Part shown: positions 53,213 to 64,000 of the stretch, piece by piece
Numbering within the stretch: position 1 is the stretch's first letter
How the letters are laid out: the number at the start of each line of letters is the position of its first letter
Origin: Balanoglossus misakiensis
Lineage: Eukaryota > Animalia > Hemichordata
Direction: 5' to 3'
DNA: 64,000 nucleotides
Assembly (NCBI GenBank): GCA_040954595.2
Contig: CM082577.2
Location: 19,504,303-19,568,302 of the forward strand
Translations under genes and position numbers: made by a program
The notes under the pieces: generated by a model
The model's database searches: none
The model's input: only the letters and a program-made list of their open reading frames with translations
What the model was told of the DNA's origin: nothing

Positions 53213-54382
53213 AGTGGAACGACACCCACAATTTTGGGCTTCAAAGTACAAACCGGGTGTCAAAAACGGCAACGTTCCGATGGGTTAATTCACTTTCACT
53301 TCCTGCGCAAGCAGAAGACGCGAGTTGAAAATACTACAGTGACGTCAGCAACTTGCGTTGCAGTCGACGCGCAGGGCTCTTACACGTTCGACGTGTCATT
53401 TCCAATAAACAGACACATTTTGCGCAGATCTGACATGGCGAAATGTCAAGTTCATGATTTTAAAAACATATTCGGAAAATCGACGGGGATAAGTTTCTTT
53501 CAAAGGCAATGCTCTACGTGTATTGTATTTGTCGATGCGTGCAGACATAGACCCTGCAATGTCCACGATGCCATGCATGTCGACGTTTATGAACAAACCG
53601 TAAGGCCTATACAAAGTTGTTCTAACTGCCGCTGATAATAATAAACGTACCGTTTTAAATCCTTCCTGCACGTTTTTTGGTACACGTATTTGGGTTTAAT
53701 TTCCATTTATTGACGATCGCATAGTTATCAAATGAAAGCAACTAAAAAGGGCAGTTTTAATACATTTCAAGAGACGAAACATGCATACAATAACTATGGT
53801 ATTGGCTTCCATTATACTACGGACGTACTACACCTGGAGAGCAGGACGATGCACCTGCGTTCTTTTCAACTCCATAAAAGGTGACAAAGTATTTTTGTAA
53901 GAAAAGTGGTACGAAAAGGTGACAACGAGGGAGAGACAACAAGGGACCGGAGGGTATTGTTAACAGCATTGTCTGTTTCACCATAGACTCTAGGGTCTCT
54001 GGTTTCACTGAAACCACACCAAGTGTAAGCCTTGACAAACGGGACACATCGGAGATCAGAACTGCATGAACTTTTGTCCTCTGTAAAATTCAGTCGCTTG
54101 GTCGTAGAAGGGAATCTCTGGTTCAACATTGTAGCCTACTACCCGAGAATATGTTGCCATGCTAACGTCGTCGGTCGCGTGAGTGCAGGCGTGTATAAAC
54201 GCGTCGGCAGCGGACAACGGTACCACAAGTTGCTGACGTCACTCACTTCCGGGTTCGCGCAGTTTTTGGCTGGCTGTAGCTCTGTTATGCGTAAGTGAAA
54301 GTGAATGAAACCAACGTTTTTCATAGAATGTTTTAATCGCATTTCGCAGAATTGGCTCAAAAACGGATCACAACGTTCCACT
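53213..54382. mobile_element. Kolobok-like element with TTAA TSD
   Basis: ttaa|agtggaacg..cgttccact|ttaa. Confidence 0.7.
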
Positions 54383-54863
54383 TTAACAAGGATAAGAATG
54401 GGTTTGGACTGAGCCATTGTGGTGAAAGGCTAGGGTTAAAGTGGGAAAAACACAAATATGCAAATATCACCATAATTGTACACTGTGTTTCCGCTACCCG
54501 CTCGCCAAAGCACAAATGCAAGAAAAAAGTTGTGTTTGGCGAGACGATTTTTATACAATTACAAATTAGCCAAACTTGTTAAGCACTGCTATCTAACATC
54601 GTCGTTTGTTTTGCCATGATCAGTGTCAGTTCACTGCAGTACAACACGTGAAAGTGGACTGTTGTTCTGTTCATTAATCATCGCCCCCCCCCCCCCTGTA
54701 TCATGAACATCGTAAGGTAATTTTAGCCCCAAATTCAGGCCAACACTATGCAAATTGCATCTGATCTAAATGAGTAAATCAGTGGGCACAAAACTATTAT
54801 TAATTACTTAACTGTGCAAAGGAAGTTATAAATATGTGTGTAAAAAACAGATATACATCATAC

Positions 54864-55011
54864 CTGCGTTATGGACTGTGAGACTCTACCTGTCTGTGCG
54901 TCTACAATCTGTACCTTTTCATTGCACTGACAGAACATGTGCTTCCCATCCTTGGATATCTGCACTTTCCCTCCCGTGTAAAAGGCATCAATCTTTGAAC
55001 TGACAGCAAAT
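54864..55011 (-). CDS. TBL3: TBL3/UTP13 exon (first in window, 148 bp): FAVSSKIDAFYTGGKVQISKDGKHMFCQCNEKVQIVDAQTGRVSQSITQ
   Basis: Resembles the TBL3 N-terminus (IEPFYKGGK..). Acceptor tttgtag| and donor CAG|gtatga; length is 1+147 nt. Confidence 0.93.
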
Positions 55012-58000
55012 CTACAAATGAAGAAATGGTGTAAAAAGTGCATTGGTAAGATAACAGACAAAACATTATCGGATGGAGCTGAAGACTAAATTTGAAGCCC
55101 CTAATACCTCCCTATCATCATGGTCAGAGACCAGACAATCCAACTACTACATTGTAACTAATCAACTTCTACATGTAGTAGTATGTCAGTGGTGGGTCAG
55201 GGCCAGTGCTAGGCCAGCGCTCCGACGCAAACATGCAGTGAGAACACAAAGATAAACAAACACCGTTCAAAAGCGCCACCCTGCAGTGACTTTTGGGTAT
55301 GTTTATTAGGTATAGCCCATTGTCTTTGGTCAGTTTCCATTGTGAAGTCAATCACACTGGACGCGAGTGGTTTTCAAACCATTCGCGGTTTGCCAGGTCT
55401 GCAACACTTCTGTCTGCTACCAACTTTCAGAAGGAACATGCCCAATAAACTGCCATGTGTCATGGCAGTCTTACAAGTGGTGCTAGAAATATTTATTTTT
55501 GACCAAAAATTGTCTGTACAAAACATATGACAAGCAACTTCAGCCCCGGAACAGACACACACACACACATACACAAAGACACTCACTGACCTGCCACTGG
55601 TAATTACATGTAGAAATTTAATAGCTGGTGGTCTCTGTAACAGCTGGCCTATTAAAGTTATGTAAACATGTTTAAGTTGGGGGTAACAACTCCTTGTAAA
55701 CAATAACTTTCAAAACAACTGGACAGTTGGTTTAGGAGAAGATTTGCGAACCAAAAATAAAGAAACTTACACAAAAACCTGCTAAATATTGAATATTTCT
55801 GATATCAGAATTGAATAAAAGTTGCACATGTATTTGTTATGAAATTGTATCCTCAATTTCAAAGCAATCAGAGAGAAAAAAAATTCAAAGCAGTTTTACA
55901 GAAAATATTTGTTCAAAAGTGGCAAAAATACATATACATGTATGCAAATATCACCAAAATGGTACAATATCGAACTTCAATCACTATGAGGAACTTGCCT
56001 GCCAAAGTTCAATGGAATGTGACACGCGGTTTCAGAAAAAAACAATTTTTGACAAAAATTGCAAAAATTTCCCCAATAACACATTATGCAAAAAACATCT
56101 TACCCCTAGGAACATGCCTACCAAATTGCAAAGCAATCTGGCATGCGGTTTCAGAGAGAAAAAAAAATTGAAAAAAATGGCAAAAATTGCTCAAAATTAT
56201 AAATATGCAAATTTTGCAACAATTTGAACAAAACTATGGTTACTCTGACAGCCTATGGGAAGCTTCGTACTAAATTTCATAGAAGTAGACCATTCATTTT
56301 CAGAAATGAAGATGTTTTACCAGTAATATGGAAAAATACAAAAAAATGCATAAAAAATAGAAAATCGATAATATTAGCTCAAAACAAATAGGACTGTTTG
56401 AGGTAGACATAAGATACATGCATGCCAATTTTCAAATCAATCTGACCAGTGGTTGTTGAGTTTTTGAGTTTTGACCAATTTCACATTTTCCCAGCTAATT
56501 TGCATATTTTTGGCAATGACAACTTCATTTGAACAAACTCCCATCTACAGCCTGGCTTGCATCAACACACCAAATATTGAGGTTATACGCGCAGCGGTTT
56601 TCAAGTTTTTGATGTGGACGGACACACAGACATCCATCCATCCATACATACATACAGACGCAACTGATTCCATAAGGTCCAATGGTACATACCAATGGGA
56701 CCTAAAAAACTAAAATAGCTTGCGTAGTACCTGATATACTGCCCAATTATGGTTTTCTAGGAATACTGTTCGCCATATTGAATTTATGCAAATTATGTAA
56801 ACTGCCCATGTCAAATATTATTCCAAAATCATGTTTATTTCTTGATATTTTGCCCAAAAATGTCCAATATTAAATTCATGCAAATTACACATATTTCCAC
56901 AAGGTGGATTCGGGTGCATTTTTGATATGTTGTTCTAGACACCTCTCCAAAATATATTCTGAACAAAAATATTCTGTTGCAATTTGTGGCGGGTTAGGTG
57001 CCAAAATCTCGTAGATTGACTAGACTATAGTAATAGGAAGCTTAAGCGATGCTTGGTACACAACCCCTTCAGCAAAGGTCGGCACGCTAACTCTTGTAGC
57101 AAGCTTCAGCACAAAGCTTATTGCAACATTGTTCCTAGCTTTGTCCAAGGTACTGCGCAATCACGTGTATAAACGTTAAACCACATCTACATGTAGACTA
57201 CATGTATGACCTTGTAAGAATTAACCTACCAAATAATAAATAATCTGCACATCCTATTCAAAAATGTTTTGAAGATATAGATACGGAATGTCCTTGACAA
57301 AGTTGACAAAGCATGCATGTGGACAGTGGAGTGTTCATTTAACGTCAGTTACAAACACCAAAAAGGCAGGTAAGGACAAACCGCAATATTTAGGGGCCCA
57401 AGCGCCCTCAGGCGCTTGGGCCCCTTCTGTCATTGCTGGAGTTTTTTTTCTTTCTTCTTGAGTCGTTTCGGCAACGTATTTCTCAGAAACCGCTGCAGCT
57501 GCGCTTCTGAAACTTGGCGCGGTGGTTGGGGTCCATGAGTACTGGTGCACCTGCCCTTTGAATTTTCAAATTGACCTAATTTGCATGTGAATGGGGGCAT
57601 GTACATTCTTTTCTCGAACTTTGCAGACCATGTGGCCAAAATCCTCCGTGCCAAATATCAATGTCCTAGGCCAGGTCTATTTTGAGAAGAAGATTTTTGT
57701 AATATTTTTCGCATTTTTTTATAGGCTGAGGACAAAGGTATTGGCCTATGCTTTCCATACTTAACCTGTGATCATAGGGACGTGTGAAGATATGCCCAAC
57801 ATCTCAAATCTACCCAGCCGATAAACGTCAAATTTAGTGTGCAGCTAGCCCACCCTTAGCTGTGGTAGTGGCACAGCTGTACCGTTGGGGGGGGGGGGGG
57901 CTTGTTACCCCCCACGGACAGCTGCGGGCCGTCCGTCATACTAAAATTGCACTTGCAACGCTATGACACGGGTCCAAGGGATTAACAAAGGGGCATCGGA

Positions 58001-58976
58001 CTTTGACCGTCATTACGTAATGTTGTGGAGGTCTCATTAGCAGGGTACTCACTTCTGGCGGGTTGCAGTAGTCCTTGGAAAATCGGCTAAAATACGTAAA
58101 CAGACCAGTGATTATTTTCCACAAAATGAATTTTGGGACAACACATTATCCAGGCTGTGTTAGGGCGTTTTATTGAATTACGCTGAGTTTGTTTGCTGTT
58201 GCCGTTCAAATGTTTCTATCCAGACCCGGCTACACTGGTTAACATTCAATGTAATGCGGCAGCGGACTTTGACCCTCAGTCGCTAATGGTGTGGGAGGTT
58301 TCATTAACATGGTAGTAACATGTAGTGGGTAGTAGTTCGCGAAATCGGCCGAAATACGTAAGCAGACAAGTGATTTTCTTGCACGAAGGGAGTATAGTTC
58401 CATCAGAGATCAGGCTTAGTTGCCGTTCAAAAGTTCCTACTTCAGTCGTGACGTTGCAACTGGACGTTCAGTATTGGGTTCGGCCCGCAGGTGGCCATGG
58501 GGGTTATCAGGTCGCCCGTAATGGCACGGAGCTACATGCAGCTGTGTGGGACCAAGATAATACGCCCGATTCGGGGGTCTCCTGTGACACCTGCGTAGTG
58601 CATGCGTAATTGTGGGGCAGGCCTCGAACTAAACGCCGGCCCACCGGCCCTGGGCCGGTAAATATTTATAGTGGGCCGGTTATTTTCACGTCTCGTCGGC
58701 CCAATTGGGCCGGTGAATATACACAAATAAATCAGTAAAACATACTGTAGAATCAATATTCTATTGTAAAAGTTATTTAGAAAGAAAGATTTCAAGAAAA
58801 AAAAAACTTTTGTGTCTTTATATGCCGTTTTTTCTTATTTTATCGAAGATATAATCAGCCGTCAACGCGCTGGCAGGGTTACGCGTTTAAAGTTCATTGA
58901 ACTACTGACTCGGTGATTGATATGTAAATTTGGAGAAGCCAACGTAAAGTGCGCGTTGGTGAACCCGACCTGACCC

Positions 58977-61900
58977 CTATGGGGTGAGAACACCGCCAAA
59001 AATAGCTGATGTCTTTATTTGGTAGTTTTCTCATCATTATTATGTTATTATGTCATTATTTGGCCATTACCTTGGCCATTATTATGCCGTTATTTGGTTA
59101 GTTGGTATTTATGTCATGGTCTCGACATTACCTCGACCATTACCTAGGCCATTATTTGGTTCGCTCGACATTACCTCGGTCATTATTATACCGTTATTTC
59201 ATTATTTGGCCGTTATTATGTCATTATTCAGTACCGATGTCTTTATTTGGAAGTTTTCTCATCATTACTATGCTATTATGTCATTATTATACCGTTATTT
59301 GGTTATTTGGTATTTATGTCATGGTCTCGACATTACCTCGACCATTACCTCGGCCATTATTTGGTTCGCTCGACATTATCTGACCTGCTTTATTATTTGA
59401 ACTCTTGCTCGGTACCCAGAATTCATTGCACAAAATGGCGACGGTATGAAAGTTTCGCCGGCCGTGGCCGACGACGGTCTTGTAAACACAGGGTTCGTAC
59501 GCTCCTGGAAACTCCTGGAATTTGAAACCCCTCCTGGAAACTCCTGAAATCTCCTGGAAATTCAAAATTTCTCCTTGAAACTCCTGGAAAACCGCGAGTC
59601 ACGATCGCATTTCACCGGATCGTGAAACGCGTTGCCCATTTCACTCAGCGCACCAGTTATCTTTAGACAGGCGTCCTATAAATAGTATCATTGACGTAGT
59701 AATGCACAATTTGCAACAACTAACGCAGCTCAGCATTCCGGTCGCAACAAAATATCTAAAACTTGACAAAAGATGTAGCAACTTTTGTAAGAGGTCATGC
59801 CATGTTTCTGCGCGTCTGCAGAATACTTGTGCAGACGGCCGCGGCAGACACCCGTGAGATCGATGTTCAAGGGCAATTAGTGACGTCAAAAAGAAGCAAA
59901 AAAGGCAGACGTTTTTGTGTGTTTTTTCAGCAGCAAAACAGTAATTTCCATCGGTAATTTGTCGATTTTATCACGACAGAAATCATTGCTTTAGGGACCG
60001 TTCTGTTTTTACGGCCGAGGGTGGGGGAGGGAGTGTCACTTAAATTTTAGCCAAATATATTAAATGATTTGGGAACCTAGGAGATCTCTTGGTGAAAATT
60101 GTTTTACTAGGCCTTCATGGGGAGGTCATTGAAATTTGTACTATCACAGTCAAAAGTCTTTAAATGATTTGTTAAACTAGAATAACAAGTGCATGTGAAT
60201 GTAACAGTAATAGTAAATTTTTTTGTTGCGTAAAACATCCTGGAAAATGGCATTTTTACCACAAAAACTCCTGGAAAATTACTGGAAATCTCCTGGAAAC
60301 TCCTGGAATTTTGAATTGCTCTAGGTGTATGAACCCTGAAACAGCACGCGTGGGTCAGGCCTCGAACTTAACGCCGGCCCACCGGCCCCGGGCAGGTAAA
60401 TATTTATAGTGGGCCAGTTATTTTCACATCTTGTCGGCCCAATTGGGCCGGTGTATATACACAAATAAATCAGTAAAACATACTGAAGAATCAATATTCT
60501 ATTGTAAAAGTTATTTAGAAAGAAAGATTTCAAGAAAAAAAAACAAAGTTTTGTGTCTTTATATGCCGTTTTTTCTTATTTTATCGAAGATATAATCGGC
60601 CGTCAACGCGCTGGCAGGGTTACGCGATTAAAGTTCATTGATTGATATGTAAATTAGGAGAAGCCAACGTACGCGCGCGTTGGTGAACCCGACCTGACCC
60701 CTTCCACCCCATGCCCAGGCCATGCGCTCACTGCGTAAGAGTGTCTAAATATAGCTCGGATATATTTGCATAAATTACTGCTTTGTTCTTCTGAAGTTTG
60801 CCTGATAGAATAAAAATGAGTCTTAAAGTTTGGGTTTACTAAAACTTAGAAGGAAGTTTGTACTTAGTGTGCCATCAAAGTGGGAAAGGAAAGGAAAGGA
60901 AAGACAAGGACACTGCCAGAGTGTCTATTGAGTGTCTAAATGGTTGTATTAGACTCCTGGCAGTGTCCTTGTCTTTCCTTTCCTTTCCCACTTTGATGGC
61001 ACACTAAGTACAAACTTCCTTCTAAGTTTTAGTAAACCCAAACTTTAAGACTCATTTTTATTCTATCAGGCAAACTTCAGAAGAACAAAGCAGTAATTTA
61101 TGCAAATATATCCGAGCTATATTTAGACACGCTTACGCAGTGAGCGCATGGCCTGGGCATGGGGTGGAAGGGGTCAGGTCGGGTTCACCAACGCGCGCGT
61201 ACGTTGGCTTCTCCTAATTTACATATCAATCAATGAACTTTAATCGCGTAACCCTGCCAGCGCGTTGACGGCCGATTATATCTTCGATAAAATAAGAAAA
61301 AACGGCATATAAAGACACAAAACTTTGTTTTTTTTTCTTGAAATCTTTCTTTCTAAATAACTTTTACAATAGAATATTGATTCTTCAGTATGTTTTACTG
61401 ATTTATTTGTGTATATTCACCGGCCCAATTGGGCCGACAAGATGTGAAAATAACTGGCCCACTATAAATATTTACCTGCCCGGGGCCGGTGGGCCGGCGT
61501 TAAGTTCGAGGCCTGACCCACGCGTGCTGTTTCAGGGTTCATACACCTAGAGCAATTCAAAATTCCAGGAGTTTCCAGGAGATTTCCAGTAATTTTCCAG
61601 GAGTTTTTGTGGTAAAAATGCCATTTTCCAGGATGTTTTACGCAACAAAAAAATTTACTATTACTGTTACATTCACATGCACTTGTTATTCTAGTTTAAC
61701 AAATCATTTAAAGACTTTTGACTGTGATAGTACAAATTTCAATGACCTCCCCATGAAGGCCTAGTAAAACAATTTTCACCAAGAGATCTCCTAGGTTCCC
61801 AAATCATTTAATATATTTGGCTAAAATTTAAGTGACACTCCCTCCCCCACCCTCGGCCGTAAAAACAGAACGGTCCCTAAAGCAATGATTTCTGTCGTGA

Positions 61901-62894
61901 TAAAATCGACAAATTACCGATGGAAATTACTGTTTTGCTGCTGAAAAAACACACAAAAACGTCTGCCTTTTTTGCTTCTTTTTGACGTCACTAATTGCCC
62001 TTGAACATCGATCTCACGGGTGTCTGCCGCGGCCGTCTGCACAAGTATTCTGCAGACGCGCAGAAACATGGCATGACCTCTTACAAAAGTTGCTACATCT
62101 TTTGTCAAGTTTTAGATATTTTGTTGCGACCGGAATGCTGAGCTGCGTTAGTTGTTGCAAATTGTGCATTACTACGTCAATGATACTATTTATAGGACGC
62201 CTGTCTAAAGATAACTGGTGCGCTGAGTGAAATGGGCAACGCGTTTCACGATCCGGTGAAATGCGATCGTGACTCGCGGTTTTCCAGGAGTTTCAAGGAG
62301 AAATTTTGAATTTCCAGGAGATTTCAGGAGTTTCCAGGAGGGGTTTCAAATTCCAGGAGTTTCCAGGAGCGTACGAACCCTGTGTTTACAAGACCGTCGT
62401 CGGCCACGGCCGGCGAAACTTTCATAGCGTCGCCATTTTGTGCAATGAATTCTGGGTACCGAGCAAGAGTTCAAATAATAAAGCAGGTCAGATAATGTCG
62501 AGCGAACCAAATAATGGCCGAGGTAATGGTCGAGGTAATGTCGAGACCATGACATAAATACGAAATAACCAAATAACGGTATAATAATGACATAATAGCA
62601 TAAAAATGATGAGAAAACTTCCAAATAAAGACATCGGTACTGAATAATGACATAATAACGGCCAAATAACGAAATAACGGCATAATAATGACCGAGGTAA
62701 TGTCGAGCGAACCAAATAATGGCCTAGGTAATGGTCGAGGTAATGTCGAGACCATGACATAAATACCAACTAACCAAATAACGGCATAATAATGGCCAAG
62801 GTAATGGCCAAATAATGACATAATAACATAATAATGATGAGAAAACTACCAAATAAAGACATCAGCTATTTTTGGCGGTGTTCTCACCCCATAG
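58977..62894. mobile_element. ~3.9-kb palindromic (foldback) insertion with ACCC TSD
   Basis: Arms 58977-60919 and 60957-62894 are near-identical reverse complements with a 37-bp spacer. The ORF track shows mirrored ORFs. Confidence 0.9.
59489..60338. mobile_element. hAT-like MITE with 5-bp TSD inside the palindrome arm (mirrored in the right arm)
   Basis: aaaca|cagggttcgtac..gtatgaaccctg|aaaca, with ctcctggaaa subterminal repeats. Confidence 0.8.
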
Positions 62895-63080
62895 ACCCCT
62901 TCCACCCCATGCCCAGGCCATGCGCTCACTGCGTAAGCGTGTCTAAATATAGCTCGGATATATTTGCATAAATTACTGTTTTGTTCTTCTCAAGTTTGCC
63001 TGATAGAATAAAAATGAGTCTTAAAGTTTGGTTTTACTGAAACTTAGAAGGAAGTTTGTACTTAGTGTGCCATCAAAGTG

Positions 63081-63146
63081 GGAAAGGAAAGGAAAGGAAA
63101 GGAAAGGAAAGGAAAGGAAAGGAAAGGAAAGGAAAGGAAAGGAAAG
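63081..63146 (+). repeat. (GGAAA)n microsatellite
   Basis: About 13 units here, against 3-4 units in the copies inside the palindrome. Confidence 0.95.
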
Positions 63147-64000
63147 ACAAGGACACTGCCAGGAGTCTAATACATCCAAGATGGACCAGAGAGCAGTGAA
63201 TAATTCATGTATTTTGCCAGAACACCTATAGTCAGCACATGACATTATATACTTGAAAAGGGAAAATTGTTAAATCAAAACATTTCAGCTGATCCTGCTG
63301 ATATTTTTTTTCAAAATAGATTTCTCTCATAACTTCTGCTGGTGAACCGATTTTTTTTCAAAATGCATTTCTCATACCTTGCACTGGTGCGATTTGATAT
63401 AATACACAATAAATTCCATCACCAATATAGCAGTAAAACACCGGATACAAAATCTGAGATGTCTTAGGATGTTTTTGAACTAATCAGTAACCATTTTCTA
63501 AGAATGATAGATCTGAAACTGAAATTCTGAATTTGGTCATCCTGGGGAAAATACAGAATATATTTGTGGTGGGCCATTTATGTGTGTGGGACCAAATTTT
63601 AATACTAAATTTAAAGCGGTTACTAGAGCCCTTGGCAGAAGGTCACATGTAAATGACGATCTGCACTGAAAAATGTGTGAACTTGGCATGGGCAGGTAAA
63701 AAAATTGTTGGGCAGGTAAATTGTTTAGTGTACCTGCCCATTGGGCAGGTGAGCCAAAAAGTAAAGTTCGAGGCCTGTGGGGTCAATGAAAGGGCTGCTA
63801 GCGAGGTATTTGTTGCACATGGATCAAAATGAAGTCAGATTTGTGGGTGACCTTATGTGACCTTAGACCTACATGAACTTTAGCTTAGTGAGCATCCAGA
63901 GCAGATGCAGCTTTGACGTTAGGGGGGGGGGGCATATACGGATGGACCATAATGATATACCAAAGGTGGGGTCACCTGTTGCACCTGCCTAAGTCATTAA

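Larger units (their letters stand above)
58618..63777. mobile_element. hAT-like element X with 5-bp TSD (hAT5-like), host of the palindrome
   Basis: tgggg|caggcctcgaact..agttcgaggcctg|tgggg. The empty site aattgtggggtcaatg is in the paralogue near 26233. Confidence 0.85.

Noticed and set aside
53213-54382. THAP or transposase ORF inside the TTAA element
   Set aside because: The short ORFs lack recognisable THAP or DDE motifs.
59050-62821. Mirrored ORFs on opposite strands as duplicated genes
   Set aside because: They are by-products of the palindrome and low-complexity subterminal repeats, with no recognisable domains.
55012-64000. TBL3 first exon and promoter
   Set aside because: No convincing ATG-containing phase-2 exon was found, and the region is mostly repeats. 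It is probably beyond the window, though a short exon could have been missed.
1-64000. Intronic snoRNAs or tRNA genes
   Set aside because: No convincing C/D or H/ACA box arrangement or cloverleaf was seen by eye. A covariance-model search would be needed to exclude them.

Overview
This is repeat-dense animal genomic DNA, probably from a marine invertebrate (inferred from the repeat families only). The only host gene is a minus-strand TBL3/UTP13 (WD40 SSU-processome protein). Eight GT-AG exons (976 bp in total) splice in frame across 1421-55011; the first exon was not found and the 3' exons lie left of the window. The 3-11 kb introns are filled with nested transposable elements: a deleted Gypsy LTR element inside an L1/Tx1 fragment, a 5'-inverted Penelope-like element with an intact-looking hammerhead ribozyme, decayed hAT, pogo and MULE transposases, Helentron-type non-autonomous elements (HINEs) with tandem arrays, and many MITEs with TTAA, TA, TTA, 5-, 7- or 9-bp target duplications. 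The most unusual structure is a ~3.9 kb near-perfect palindrome (58977-62894) with its own 4-bp target duplication. It is inserted into a hAT-like element and carries two inverted copies of that same element's empty insertion site. All coordinates and identities were read by eye, and superfamily names come from motif recall, not database searches.
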